64,000 bases of DNA from an uncultured delta proteobacterium (lineage in GTDB: Bacteria; Desulfobacterota; Syntrophorhabdia; Syntrophorhabdales; Syntrophorhabdaceae). The notes under the pieces are model-generated. The model ran no database searches, was not told the origin of the DNA, and saw only the letters and a list, made by a program, of their open reading frames with translations. Location of the stretch: NCBI GenBank assembly GCA_963816115.1, contig CAWFIZ010000008.1, forward strand, positions 189,605 through 253,604, written 5' to 3'. Of this stretch, positions 9,506-17,746 are shown piece by piece. A program made the position numbers and the translations under genes. How positions within the stretch are numbered: position 1 is the stretch's first letter; every line of letters begins with the position of its first letter.

Positions 9506-10347
9506 TCATTTGCTTTCCATAGCGGCGGCAAGAACGGCGTGAACATTTTCTCTGAGCGTTGCGAGATAGCCATGCTCCGTCGGGAAGTTGGTCAGGACAA
9601 TATGAGGCACGCCCAGCGTTTCGGCGATGCGTTTTCCCGCATCAGGTCCGGATTGCAGGTTATCGACAACGGCGACCACGCGCTGATCTCGCCCGGTTTT
9701 CGACAGTCGCACCACATCCTGTGTGGACATGGACTCCGGTCGGCCGTAAACGCCCGCAACGCGAAATCCCATCCATTCCAGCGGCTCTTTCTGCAGGGAA
9801 GAGGCCATGACCGGCTTGCCGGAGAGTCCCGCCTCAGCCCGATGCGTCGAATCAGAGATTTCGCATGCGCCTTGACCTCGAGGATCGCATGCTTCTTGCG
9901 GTTAATCATTTCATCGCGGTCCGCAGGGAAATATAAGGAAAGCTCTGTCGGCCAGACGGTTCAAGCCGAAGATGGTAGGAATCGGGCGCCATCCAGTTGC
10001 GCGCATCGGTATCAACAAGCAGGTGCAGCTCCGCGGCCGGATTCGGCTTTGTCTAAAAACGGCATTCCCGCGAAGGAAATGATCAGATCGGCTTTTTGCA
10101 TCTTTTCGATATCCGACAGTTTGACGTCATAGTGGCCCGGACACTGGCCGGGAGGAAGAATGGCTTCCACGGTATAGCGATCGCAGGCAGAAGCGCAGCG
10201 GCCATGCCGGACAGGATCGTATCGGATGTAACGATGCTGGCGCACTTTCTTCGCTTTGAGGCCCTTCGTCCGGTTGGCGCATCCAAGGAAATCCGCAGCA
10301 CCAACAGATCGCCGCAACGACGATAATGATGTTTTAATGGATCTCAT
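9506..10347 (-). pseudogene. ZnuA/TroA-like periplasmic metal-binding protein, frameshifted
   Basis: An N-terminal-like piece (VEAILPPGQCPGHYDVKLSDIEKMQKADLIISFAG) and a C-terminal-like piece (VVAVVDNLQSGPDAGKRIAETLGVPHIVL) lie in different frames, with broken sequence between them. Confidence 0.65.
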
Positions 10348-10369
10348 CTATCGTAACCTGACGGCACGG

Positions 10370-11860
10370 CGCAACGAACGCGCTCAATTACGAACTTCAG
10401 CGTCAAACCGGCAAACACGGTGATGCCGGGCATGCTGTAGCCCTTCGCGTATTCGTAATGCTCGGTTGAAAATATTATTGACCGCCACATACACCTCGGA
10501 ATCACCGAGCGACAACGGCTTGTAATCGAAATGATAGCTCAGCCGCGCGTTCGCCAGCGCAAAGTCATCCAGCTTGTTGTTGTCTGTAAGCTGTCAGGCG
10601 TAATTGAAGGTGCCGCTGCGCATGCTGGTAGCCTGGTAAACGTCTTTGAAATACTGCATGTCCAGACGCAGACGGAAGTGTTCCAGAAACGTCCAGTTGA
10701 CGCCGGCCTGAAACTGAAAAGCCGGGCGTATAAGGCATATGATCGCTTTCGACGCCGTCGCTGCCCGAGGCTTTGGCCTCCATCAAGGTGGCGCGCGGCA
10801 AATATCTCAAGTGCTTTAACCGGGATCAGCGTCCCGGTCAGTTCCAGCCCGCGAATCTCGTATTGGCCGATCGGATCGTTGAACGCGACCGGAACAGGAC
10901 CGAACATGTAAGCCTGAAAGCGGTCCTTGCCTTTGTCGTAGAAAACCGTTGCGCCCAGGGAGCCTTTGTCCGGCCAGGTGTGGGTCAGGCCCGCTTCATA
11001 ATGATCCACCGTTTCCGGTTTGATCTTTTCTCCAGTATTGTCCGGGATTGCTGACCGGCGAACTCGTCGAGGACCATGTTCATCAGAACGATGGGAGAAG
11101 GATAATTGACGCCACGCGAATAATTGATATTGAGGTCCGTATGCGCGTAGCCCGCAACCATGCCTGCCTGAGGTGCGGATTTATCTTGAATTCGTTGTGA
11201 TGGAGGTAATAGCGGTATCCCGCTGAGGGCGTGGCATGGAAGGCTTCCGGACGGCCGAACACGGTGGCTGATGGCGGCATAGGGCGACAACATCATGATT
11301 TTCGGAAAATCCCAGATTCGTTCCGCCCGGCCGCCGTTGATGCCGGGAACAGCAAGGCCGCTGTATGTCCGCTGCGTGTTTTTCAGTTCCGTCATATCCA
11401 GATCCACGCCCATAACGATTTCTCCGCCGGGCCACAGCAGAAGTTTTTCTTTGCCGCAGACGTCCGTAGAGCGACATGTTCTGACGCGACAAGAGGCCGG
11501 CGGTGTTGCCTGCGTAGCGCACGCCGTTGGTCAGTTCCTGCAGCAGATCGAAATCGGTTTCGTTCACATAAGCTTTCAGGTATCCGCTGAGCCGTCGGAT
11601 ATGATGGTTCAGCGTCAGAGTAGAAAGAAAGTCTCTGTATCAAAGCGTTCCGCCATGGGCCAGCTCACGCCGTTTGCGGCGGTGGGGTTGATGTTTCCGG
11701 CATGGGCGCACGGTCTGGCTGTCGACATAATTGGCCAGAAACCGGACATTCCATTTCTGTTGATCTGATAGCCGGTATTGGCATAGTAGTTTGCTGCTGA
11801 GCGCGGGAATGGTCGACGATGGCCGTCGTGACATCCCAGCTCTGGGACACGTAGATGTCA
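10370..11860 (-). pseudogene. TonB-dependent outer-membrane receptor, beta-barrel fragments only; frameshifted and lacking the N-terminal plug region
   Basis: Barrel-like stretches (YEAGLTHTWPDKGSLGATVFYDKGKDRFQ...IRGLELTG and a C-terminal ...AGLTLKF) are scattered over several frames. Only ~1.5 kb remains, and it abuts the stop of the next intact gene. Confidence 0.6.
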
Positions 11861-12757
11861 TAAGTCCTTTTTTAACTCCGCCGGAAAAGCTTTGTGAATG
11901 AGCGTAGCTGCCACCGCTGAATCAAGTAAATTGCTGCCATCATTTGTAAGTATTGGAAGGATATTCACCGGCATAACCGCTGCCAATTCCGACGCTGCGG
12001 CGATGATGGCGGCGCCCAGGGCGGCGGTGATCTGCGGCTCGTCTGGGACGAAGACCATTGTACCCAGTTCGGCCTCGATGGCCTTCACCAGCCCTATGTC
12101 TTTCGCGCCGCCTCCGGTGACGGCGCAGTCAGGGGTGAGGCCGACGCGGGTCACGAGGGTCACGATCTTTGACGCCATGGCGTTATGAATACCTGCGAGG
12201 ATGTCGGCAGGAGAAGCACCTTCGGAGATGCGTGATACCGCCTCCGATTCGGCAAAGACGGCACATCCCGTCGTAAATTCTACGGGTTTCACGGCGGTGA
12301 GGGAGAGTTCGCCGATGTCGCTCACATTCATGCGAAGTATCCTGGCGGCAACCTGGAGGAACTTTCCACTCCCCCCGGCACATTTCTCGTTCATTATGAA
12401 ATTCGCGATCCTTCCGTCATTATCGAGGCGGATCGCCCTCGAGTACTGGGCGCCTATGTCCATGACGGTCCTTACGGAAGGAAAAAGGTGATGAACGCCG
12501 GCGGCGTGGCAGGAGATATCGGTGGAGGTCTGGTCGGCAAGGTCGGACATGTTCCCGCCATAGCCGGCGGCAACGGTGCGGGCTATATCATCCATGGAGA
12601 GGCCCGCCTTTTGAAGCGCCGTTTCGGCAGCGCTCCTTGCCGCCGCACGGTAGTCCCCGCCTGAAGGCAGGACCGCGTAAGACCTTATCTCGTTGCCTTC
12701 AAGCACAACGGCCTTGGAATAACCTGAACCGACATCGATGCCTAACACAAAAGCCAT
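11858..12757 (-). CDS. BcrD/BzdP-like ATPase subunit of an ATP-dependent aryl-CoA reductase (BadF/BadG/BcrA/BcrD ATPase family)
   Basis: 299 aa. N-terminal phosphate-binding motif LGIDVGSGYSKAV. Acetate/sugar-kinase-fold ATPase similar to 2-hydroxyacyl-CoA dehydratase activators. Last gene of the four-gene set. Confidence 0.7.
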   Translation of the reverse strand: MAFVLGIDVGSGYSKAVVLEGNEIRSYAVLPSGGDYRAAARSAAETALQKAGLSMDDIARTVAAGYGGNMSDLADQTSTDISCHAAGVHHLFPSVRTVMDIGAQYSRAIRLDNDGRIANFIMNEKCAGGSGKFLQVAARILRMNVSDIGELSLTAVKPVEFTTGCAVFAESEAVSRISEGASPADILAGIHNAMASKIVTLVTRVGLTPDCAVTGGGAKDIGLVKAIEAELGTMVFVPDEPQITAALGAAIIAAASELAAVMPVNILPILTNDGSNLLDSAVAATLIHKAFPAELKKDL

Positions 12758-12768
12758 CTATAAAAACC

Positions 12769-13608
12769 TCATTTGAAGAATGTCGCTTCCTCGAGGCAGT
12801 GCCCACTTCTGGTGGGTTTCTGCCCTTCGGAGGCATACTTATCATAGATATCTTTTCCCATCAGAGCGGCACCAAGGGCACCCGTAATAAGCGGTTCCGG
12901 CGGGACCAACAGGGAACGGCCGAACTTGGACTCCAGCGCCCTGACAAGGCCGATGTTCTTTGCACCGCCGCCGGTCACCGCAATGTCCGGCTCCACGTTG
13001 AGCTTTTTAACCAGCGAGTAGACCCTGGTGGCCACAGCGTCGTGGATGCCCGCCAACAGGTTTGCAATGGGTTCGCCTGTTGCCAGCTTCGAGGTAACTT
13101 CCTGCTCCGCAAAGACCGTGCAGGTACTGCTCACCTGGGCTATCTTTTCCGCTTTGAGGGAGAGTTCACCGATCTTTTCAAGGGGAACGCCGAGAGAGTC
13201 GGCTATGATCTCGAGGAAACGCCCCGTGCCGGCGGCGCATTTGTCGTTCATGACAAAGTTCATCACCTTGCCGTCTTTTATCTTGATACCCTTGCTGTCC
13301 TGGCCGCCAATGTCGATGACAGTTCTTACGGTGGGAAGGAGGCTGTACAAACCTTTAGCATGGCAGGTGATCTCGGTGATCTGTCGGTCTGCAAAGGGAA
13401 CGTTGATCCTGCCGTATCCGGTAGCAACTACATATTCAATACGGTCAAAGGTGAGGTGCGCCAGACCGAGCGCCTCCTCCATCACTCTATTGGCAAGTTT
13501 CCGGTGCTCCGGGCCCGTGGGACCTATGAGCGAGGCTTCGATCCTGTCGCTCACGATGACCACCTTTGTCATGGTGGACCCGATATCGACACCGGCAAAA
13601 TAATTCAT
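12769..13608 (-). CDS. BcrA/BzdQ-like ATPase subunit (BadF/BadG/BcrA/BcrD family)
   Basis: 279 aa. Motif AGVDIGSTMTKVVIV. Paralogous to the downstream ATPase. A 12-nt gap separates it from the next gene. Confidence 0.7.
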   Translation of the reverse strand: MNYFAGVDIGSTMTKVVIVSDRIEASLIGPTGPEHRKLANRVMEEALGLAHLTFDRIEYVVATGYGRINVPFADRQITEITCHAKGLYSLLPTVRTVIDIGGQDSKGIKIKDGKVMNFVMNDKCAAGTGRFLEIIADSLGVPLEKIGELSLKAEKIAQVSSTCTVFAEQEVTSKLATGEPIANLLAGIHDAVATRVYSLVKKLNVEPDIAVTGGGAKNIGLVRALESKFGRSLLVPPEPLITGALGAALMGKDIYDKYASEGQKPTRSGHCLEEATFFK

Positions 13609-13648
13609 CTGTTACTGCTCCTGCGTTACTTACCGAAACCTCCGGGCC

Positions 13649-14980
13649 TTAATTCCCTCTCTTTTTCGATGCATCCAGCGTCTCGATAAAGGCGTCGATC
13701 CTGTTGTGGGTGTCTGCCTCGTTGTAGGAGCTGATATCAACAATATCGCCCTCCATGATCAGGATGGGGATATCCTTATAAACCTTTTTCAGCGTGGCGG
13801 CCTGCTGCATGATACCGGCGTGCCAGCTCCGGCATGAGAAAGCGGAGTGGAAGACCGCGCCGTCACATTTGTAATCCTCGATATATTCAATGATCCTCTC
13901 CACCTTTGGGGTGGAACCGGGGCGTTTCTTTGCCGCGTCATACCAGTGGGTCCAGTACCGCACCCATCTCCAGGCGATATGTTCCAGCGGGTCGTTCGTC
14001 TTCGGCAGGTCGAGGCGATCTATCTTTTCGCAGCCGCGATAGGTCACTTCCACGGGGAAAACGACGCCTTTGCCGTTGAAGTACTGAAAGTCGCCGAGCG
14101 CGAACCATGACGGCAGTCCGGCGGCCCAGATGATCCTGTATTTTTCGGGATCGGCTACGGCCACACCGTCAGCGATCTTCTGTTTCAGCTCAGCGTGGAG
14201 GTCAACGTAAAAATCATAGGCCTCCTGGGTCCCGAGGTTGAAGGTCAGGGGCACCATGGTGTTCATGGCATCGCCCGTGTCCATAGGGGTCGGGATGGCC
14301 TTGCGCAGTTCGTATGTATCGATGAAGAGGTCCCAGGTCTTGTCGGAAAGCGCGACGGTCGCCGCGAGGCGGTCCCAGTCCATCTTCTTGCCGGTTATCT
14401 TCTCGCAGAACTTGACGGTCTCCCTCAGTTCCTCCGTAATATACTTTACGTAGATCTGTTCCTGTTCATGGTGGTTAACGCTGGGATCCCAGGGAGGGTA
14501 GTACATGTTGGTGACGAAAACGGGAACATCCTGCTGATAATGCTGGGTGGCCTGTGGCCACTTGAACCGAGGGTCACAAAGAAGCTGACCGTTGCCGAGC
14601 ATCATGTCCGGCCGTCCCATGCCGCCCCAGGGGGCTCCTTCAGGCGTCGCTCCGCCCAACTCCTCGCGTATCATATCAAAACCGATGTTGCAGGTGGCAT
14701 AGGTACACAAGGACCGTGAAAAGTTGTCCGATTCGGCCTTCTGGAGGTATTTTTCCGCGTCGCGCTTTGCCGCGCAAACCCCTGAGAAACTCTCACCCCA
14801 GGCGGGAACGATGTCCATTGCCCGCATGATCTCATCCTGACCGTCAGCGATAAAGGCGGCGGCCACTTTCTTTCCTTCTTCTTTTGCCTTTAAGGTTGCA
14901 GACAGGTTGCCCCGTACAAATTTCGGTATCTTTGCTGCCGTAGTTGTTGCAACTGCTCTTCCTTTTTTTTCTTCAGCCAT
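13649..14980 (-). CDS. BcrB/BzdO-like subunit (2-hydroxyacyl-CoA dehydratase/benzoyl-CoA reductase B-C family)
   Basis: 443 aa, the length and position expected for the beta subunit in a bcrCBAD/bzdNOPQ arrangement. Conserved Cys residues. Confidence 0.65.
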   Translation of the reverse strand: MAEEKKGRAVATTTAAKIPKFVRGNLSATLKAKEEGKKVAAAFIADGQDEIMRAMDIVPAWGESFSGVCAAKRDAEKYLQKAESDNFSRSLCTYATCNIGFDMIREELGGATPEGAPWGGMGRPDMMLGNGQLLCDPRFKWPQATQHYQQDVPVFVTNMYYPPWDPSVNHHEQEQIYVKYITEELRETVKFCEKITGKKMDWDRLAATVALSDKTWDLFIDTYELRKAIPTPMDTGDAMNTMVPLTFNLGTQEAYDFYVDLHAELKQKIADGVAVADPEKYRIIWAAGLPSWFALGDFQYFNGKGVVFPVEVTYRGCEKIDRLDLPKTNDPLEHIAWRWVRYWTHWYDAAKKRPGSTPKVERIIEYIEDYKCDGAVFHSAFSCRSWHAGIMQQAATLKKVYKDIPILIMEGDIVDISSYNEADTHNRIDAFIETLDASKKRGN

Positions 14981-14998
14981 GTGATTCTCCTCTCTCGG

Positions 14999-16159
14999 TT
15001 ATGCGATCATTTCGAGGAATGCCTCGATCCTGGTCTTCACCCGTGCCAGCGATGATGTGGAATATTCATCCTCCAGGTAGAGAACAGGCGTTCCTGCTGA
15101 CTCGATAAAGCTCTTGATAGCCGGTACTTCAAAGCCGTAGGGGTCGCAATACTTGTAAATGAAGAGAATGGCTCCGTCCACCTTGAACTCATTGATGTAT
15201 TTTTTCATGTGCCCGAAACGCTCTTCCAGGATCCCTTCATAGGTGTCCGCTGAGCCTACGAAGGTCGTTGGGATCTTCAGTTTTCTCAGGTAACGTTCCG
15301 CAATGCCCTGAAGCGGGTCAGTTGTCGCGTCCACATCCTGCCAGTACATCTTGGAACCGATGGAAAGGTCATCCATGACCAGGTACGCTCCGGCTGACTC
15401 GATGGCATCGATAATGGCAACGTCATCGATCTGGTCGCCTATTATCATAATGCGTTTGGCTTTCCCGTTCGATGCCGGTTTTCTCTGTTTTATCTCTTTT
15501 GTAACGGCCTGGATCAGGGCGCTCGATTCCTCTACCGGGAGGCTCATGGATGCAACGAGGACCTTCATCATCTCTGCGCCGGATATCATGGGGGGGTTGG
15601 ACTTTCTGAGATCGTAAAGCTCTCTCATGAGCTTTCTGTTCTCGTTGTGGGCCTTCACCGCTCCGGCTATCGCCTCATCGGTGATCTTCTTGCCCGTGAA
15701 TTTCTCGAGGGTATTGACAAAGATGCGCAGGATCTCTTTCGTAAAAGTTATCGAGGGATCACCCGTCACGTGTGGAATGTTGAGGAAGTGCCAGTAAGGG
15801 AGCTTCAGCGTGTAGCTCCAGGTCTCATTTGTGCGGTCGATAGAGTCACACTGGTGGGGAAGCACCATACCGTCCAGAAAATCATATTTTCCTTTGACCG
15901 CCGCGTCGAACACATTACGAACAAAGGGGCACACAATACTTTCCATGTACGCGTCGCCCTTGCTGATCGCCTCGGAAACATTGCCCTTCAACCTGATCGG
16001 GAGAACCCCGGCAGCCGTCATGATCTCAACCGGACCAAGCGCAGACAGGTACCCGATGACCTTTTTGCCCGTAGCCTTCAGTTCTCTCGCCCTTGACCCG
16101 TACTGGGTGTAGAGCTTTTCGGCGGTTGCCAAACCATTGCCGTCTCGTATGTCTGTCAT
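14999..16159 (-). CDS. BcrC/BzdN-like subunit (2-hydroxyacyl-CoA dehydratase/benzoyl-CoA reductase family)
   Basis: 386 aa. First gene of the operon. GGAG-type ribosome-binding site (ataaGGAGttaag) before the ATG. Confidence 0.65.
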   Translation of the reverse strand: MTDIRDGNGLATAEKLYTQYGSRARELKATGKKVIGYLSALGPVEIMTAAGVLPIRLKGNVSEAISKGDAYMESIVCPFVRNVFDAAVKGKYDFLDGMVLPHQCDSIDRTNETWSYTLKLPYWHFLNIPHVTGDPSITFTKEILRIFVNTLEKFTGKKITDEAIAGAVKAHNENRKLMRELYDLRKSNPPMISGAEMMKVLVASMSLPVEESSALIQAVTKEIKQRKPASNGKAKRIMIIGDQIDDVAIIDAIESAGAYLVMDDLSIGSKMYWQDVDATTDPLQGIAERYLRKLKIPTTFVGSADTYEGILEERFGHMKKYINEFKVDGAILFIYKYCDPYGFEVPAIKSFIESAGTPVLYLEDEYSTSSLARVKTRIEAFLEMIA

Positions 16160-16259
16160 CTTAACTCCTTATCCACCCCGGCTTTATCGCAGATGTCCGG
16201 GGGTAATGTATGCTTGTAGCCAAGCTTGCCTTTTATATAGAACATTTTTTCGGCGCATA

Positions 16260-16288
16260 ATTCTAACGGAACTGGTCGCCTTTGTCAA
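16260..16288 (-). promoter_or_regulatory. Sigma-70-type promoter for the reductase operon
   Basis: On the minus strand: TTGACA (16288-16283), 17 nt, TAGAAT (16265-16260). This is about 100 nt upstream of the 16159 start. Confidence 0.55.
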
Positions 16289-16314
16289 TGAGTTGCGTGA
16301 AGCTTCGCACGCGA

Positions 16315-16632
16315 TCACGCACAGGATACGCTTTGCTGAAGAAGTTCGTTGTTCTCGTGGACGACCTTTACGATTATCTTCTTTTTGTCCCTGTTCCCGT
16401 TGAATTCTATTACCTGCTTGTCGGGAGGCATGCACCCGAAGATGTCCACGATCGTCTTTTCCATTGTGCCAAGATTCGTTTCCGGCTGGACCATCGGTTT
16501 TCCTCTTCTCACATCGAGCCTGATGACCCTTTTGTAATCCACGGGCATGCAACCGAAAACTTCTATCAATGTCTTCTCCAACCGCCTGAACTTTAGGTTT
16601 GTAACTGTTTGCAGTGACCATTCGCGCGCCAT
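16315..16632 (-). CDS. Small (105 aa) internally repeated protein of unknown function, paralog 1 (FGCMP motif twice)
   Basis: MAREWSLQTVTNLKFRRLEKTLIEVFGCMPVDYKRVIRLDV...MEKTIVDIFGCMPPDKQVIEF. I count 79 of 105 residues identical to the ORF at 17023-17340. It has its own sigma-54 promoter. Confidence 0.7.
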   Translation of the reverse strand: MAREWSLQTVTNLKFRRLEKTLIEVFGCMPVDYKRVIRLDVRRGKPMVQPETNLGTMEKTIVDIFGCMPPDKQVIEFNGNRDKKKIIVKVVHENNELLQQSVSCA

Positions 16633-16706
16633 GTTGACCTCCTAAGTTTGGGCTTTCTGAAATATTTTAGCTTGATATTCCATCCTCTGCGCCCGCTATT
16701 AGTTAA

Positions 16707-16722
16707 AGCAAAGCCCATGCCA
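16707..16722 (-). promoter_or_regulatory. Sigma-54 (-24/-12) promoter 1
   Basis: The minus strand reads TGGCATGGGCTTTGCT (consensus TGGCAC-N5-TTGCW). It lies about 75 nt upstream of the 16632 start. Confidence 0.75.
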
Positions 16723-16740
16723 GACAATATTATCCTGTAT

Positions 16741-16803
16741 TATCAGTAAGTTGATAAAATGAGGGGTACCGTATCCTATCGCATATGTCAGAATAATACT
16801 GAC
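16741..16803 (-). promoter_or_regulatory. IHF-like site plus upstream activator sequence 1
   Basis: The plus strand has TATCAGTAAGTTG (fits WATCAR-N4-TTR). It is followed by the conserved block ATAAAATGAGGGGTACCGTATCCTATCG and the inverted repeat TGTCAG-N6/7-CTGAC. The block is duplicated at 17493-17558. Confidence 0.55.
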
Positions 16804-17022
16804 TTATTTTACAGTTATACATATATCCGTGACTATTGTCAGTTATGTTACAGCATTCTTGATGTAAGGATAGATCAGCTGAACTTGCTGACTGATCAAC
16901 AGAGCGCAGCGGTGGCAAGATCCGGTGCCACCGCTGTGTTTCTAAAATTTATGGTTACTAACTCGTATATCAGGACGGTTTGGTTCCTTTACCGGCATCC
17001 CGCGCCCATAGGTTGTCCGTAT

Positions 17023-17340
17023 TTATGCGCTGTGTGCGTAGAACTGAAGAGGCTCACTTTCATCGTGGACTATCTTCACAATGATCTTCTTTTTGTCCCT
17101 GCCCTCTTCGAGTTCGACCACCTGCTTGTCGGGAGGCATGCACCCGAAGATGTCAACGATCATCTTTTCCATCGAGCCGAGGTTGACCCCGGGCTGGACC
17201 ATGGGTCTTCCCTTTCTGACATCCAGCCTGATGACCCTTTTGTAATCTACGGGAATGCAGCCGAAGACCTCGATCAACGTCTTTTCCATCTCTCTGAATT
17301 TAAGGCCTGTAACAGTTTTTAGTGACCACTCTCTTGCCAT
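17023..17340 (-). CDS. Small (105 aa) internally repeated protein of unknown function, paralog 2
   Basis: MAREWSLKTVTGLKFREMEKTLIEVFGCIPVDYKRVIRLDV...MEKMIVDIFGCMPPDKQVVEL. Tandem paralog of 16315-16632. Confidence 0.7.
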   Translation of the reverse strand: MAREWSLKTVTGLKFREMEKTLIEVFGCIPVDYKRVIRLDVRKGRPMVQPGVNLGSMEKMIVDIFGCMPPDKQVVELEEGRDKKKIIVKIVHDESEPLQFYAHSA

Positions 17341-17460
17341 GATATCCTCCCCTTAAGGCACGAAAATTGTGCCCGGCAAAACGCTTAAGCAATCCGTTGG
17401 AAACCTGACAACTGCCGTAAAAGCTCATATGTATCATAACTGTACTCCCGATATGTATAA

Positions 17461-17476
17461 AGCAAAACCTATGCCA
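17461..17476 (-). promoter_or_regulatory. Sigma-54 (-24/-12) promoter 2
   Basis: The minus strand reads TGGCATAGGTTTTGCT. It lies about 120 nt upstream of the 17340 start. Confidence 0.75.
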
Positions 17477-17492
17477 GGCCTTTATCCCATGT

Positions 17493-17558
17493 ATTATCAT
17501 ACAGTTATCAAAATGAGGGGTACCGTATCCTATCGTATACGACAGATATATTCTGACA
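17493..17558 (-). promoter_or_regulatory. IHF-like site plus upstream activator sequence 2
   Basis: TATCATACAGTTA, then TCAAAATGAGGGGTACCGTATCCTATCG, which is nearly identical to 16754-16781. This is followed by CGACAGATATATTCTGACA. Confidence 0.55.
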
Positions 17559-17746
17559 CAATTCACAGTAGGGTGCTTATTCTGTCTTATTAGTCAGTTT
17601 GAAAGGGCAGCCCAACATCAAAATGCTAAAAGCTTAAAAAAAACAATTCACGTGGACGAGCACACGAGTAGACGGGCGTTGGGGGGGGTATAAACCTTCC
17701 TTTTTCCCTTGTCTGCCGTTCTGTTATTTGGTTATTATCAGTTATC

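Noticed and set aside
12637-13689. A 350-aa plus-strand ORF across the two ATPase-subunit genes
   Set aside because: It is antisense to two genes that carry clear BadF/BcrA/BcrD ATPase motifs. It also crosses an intergenic gap, which a real gene here would be unlikely to do.
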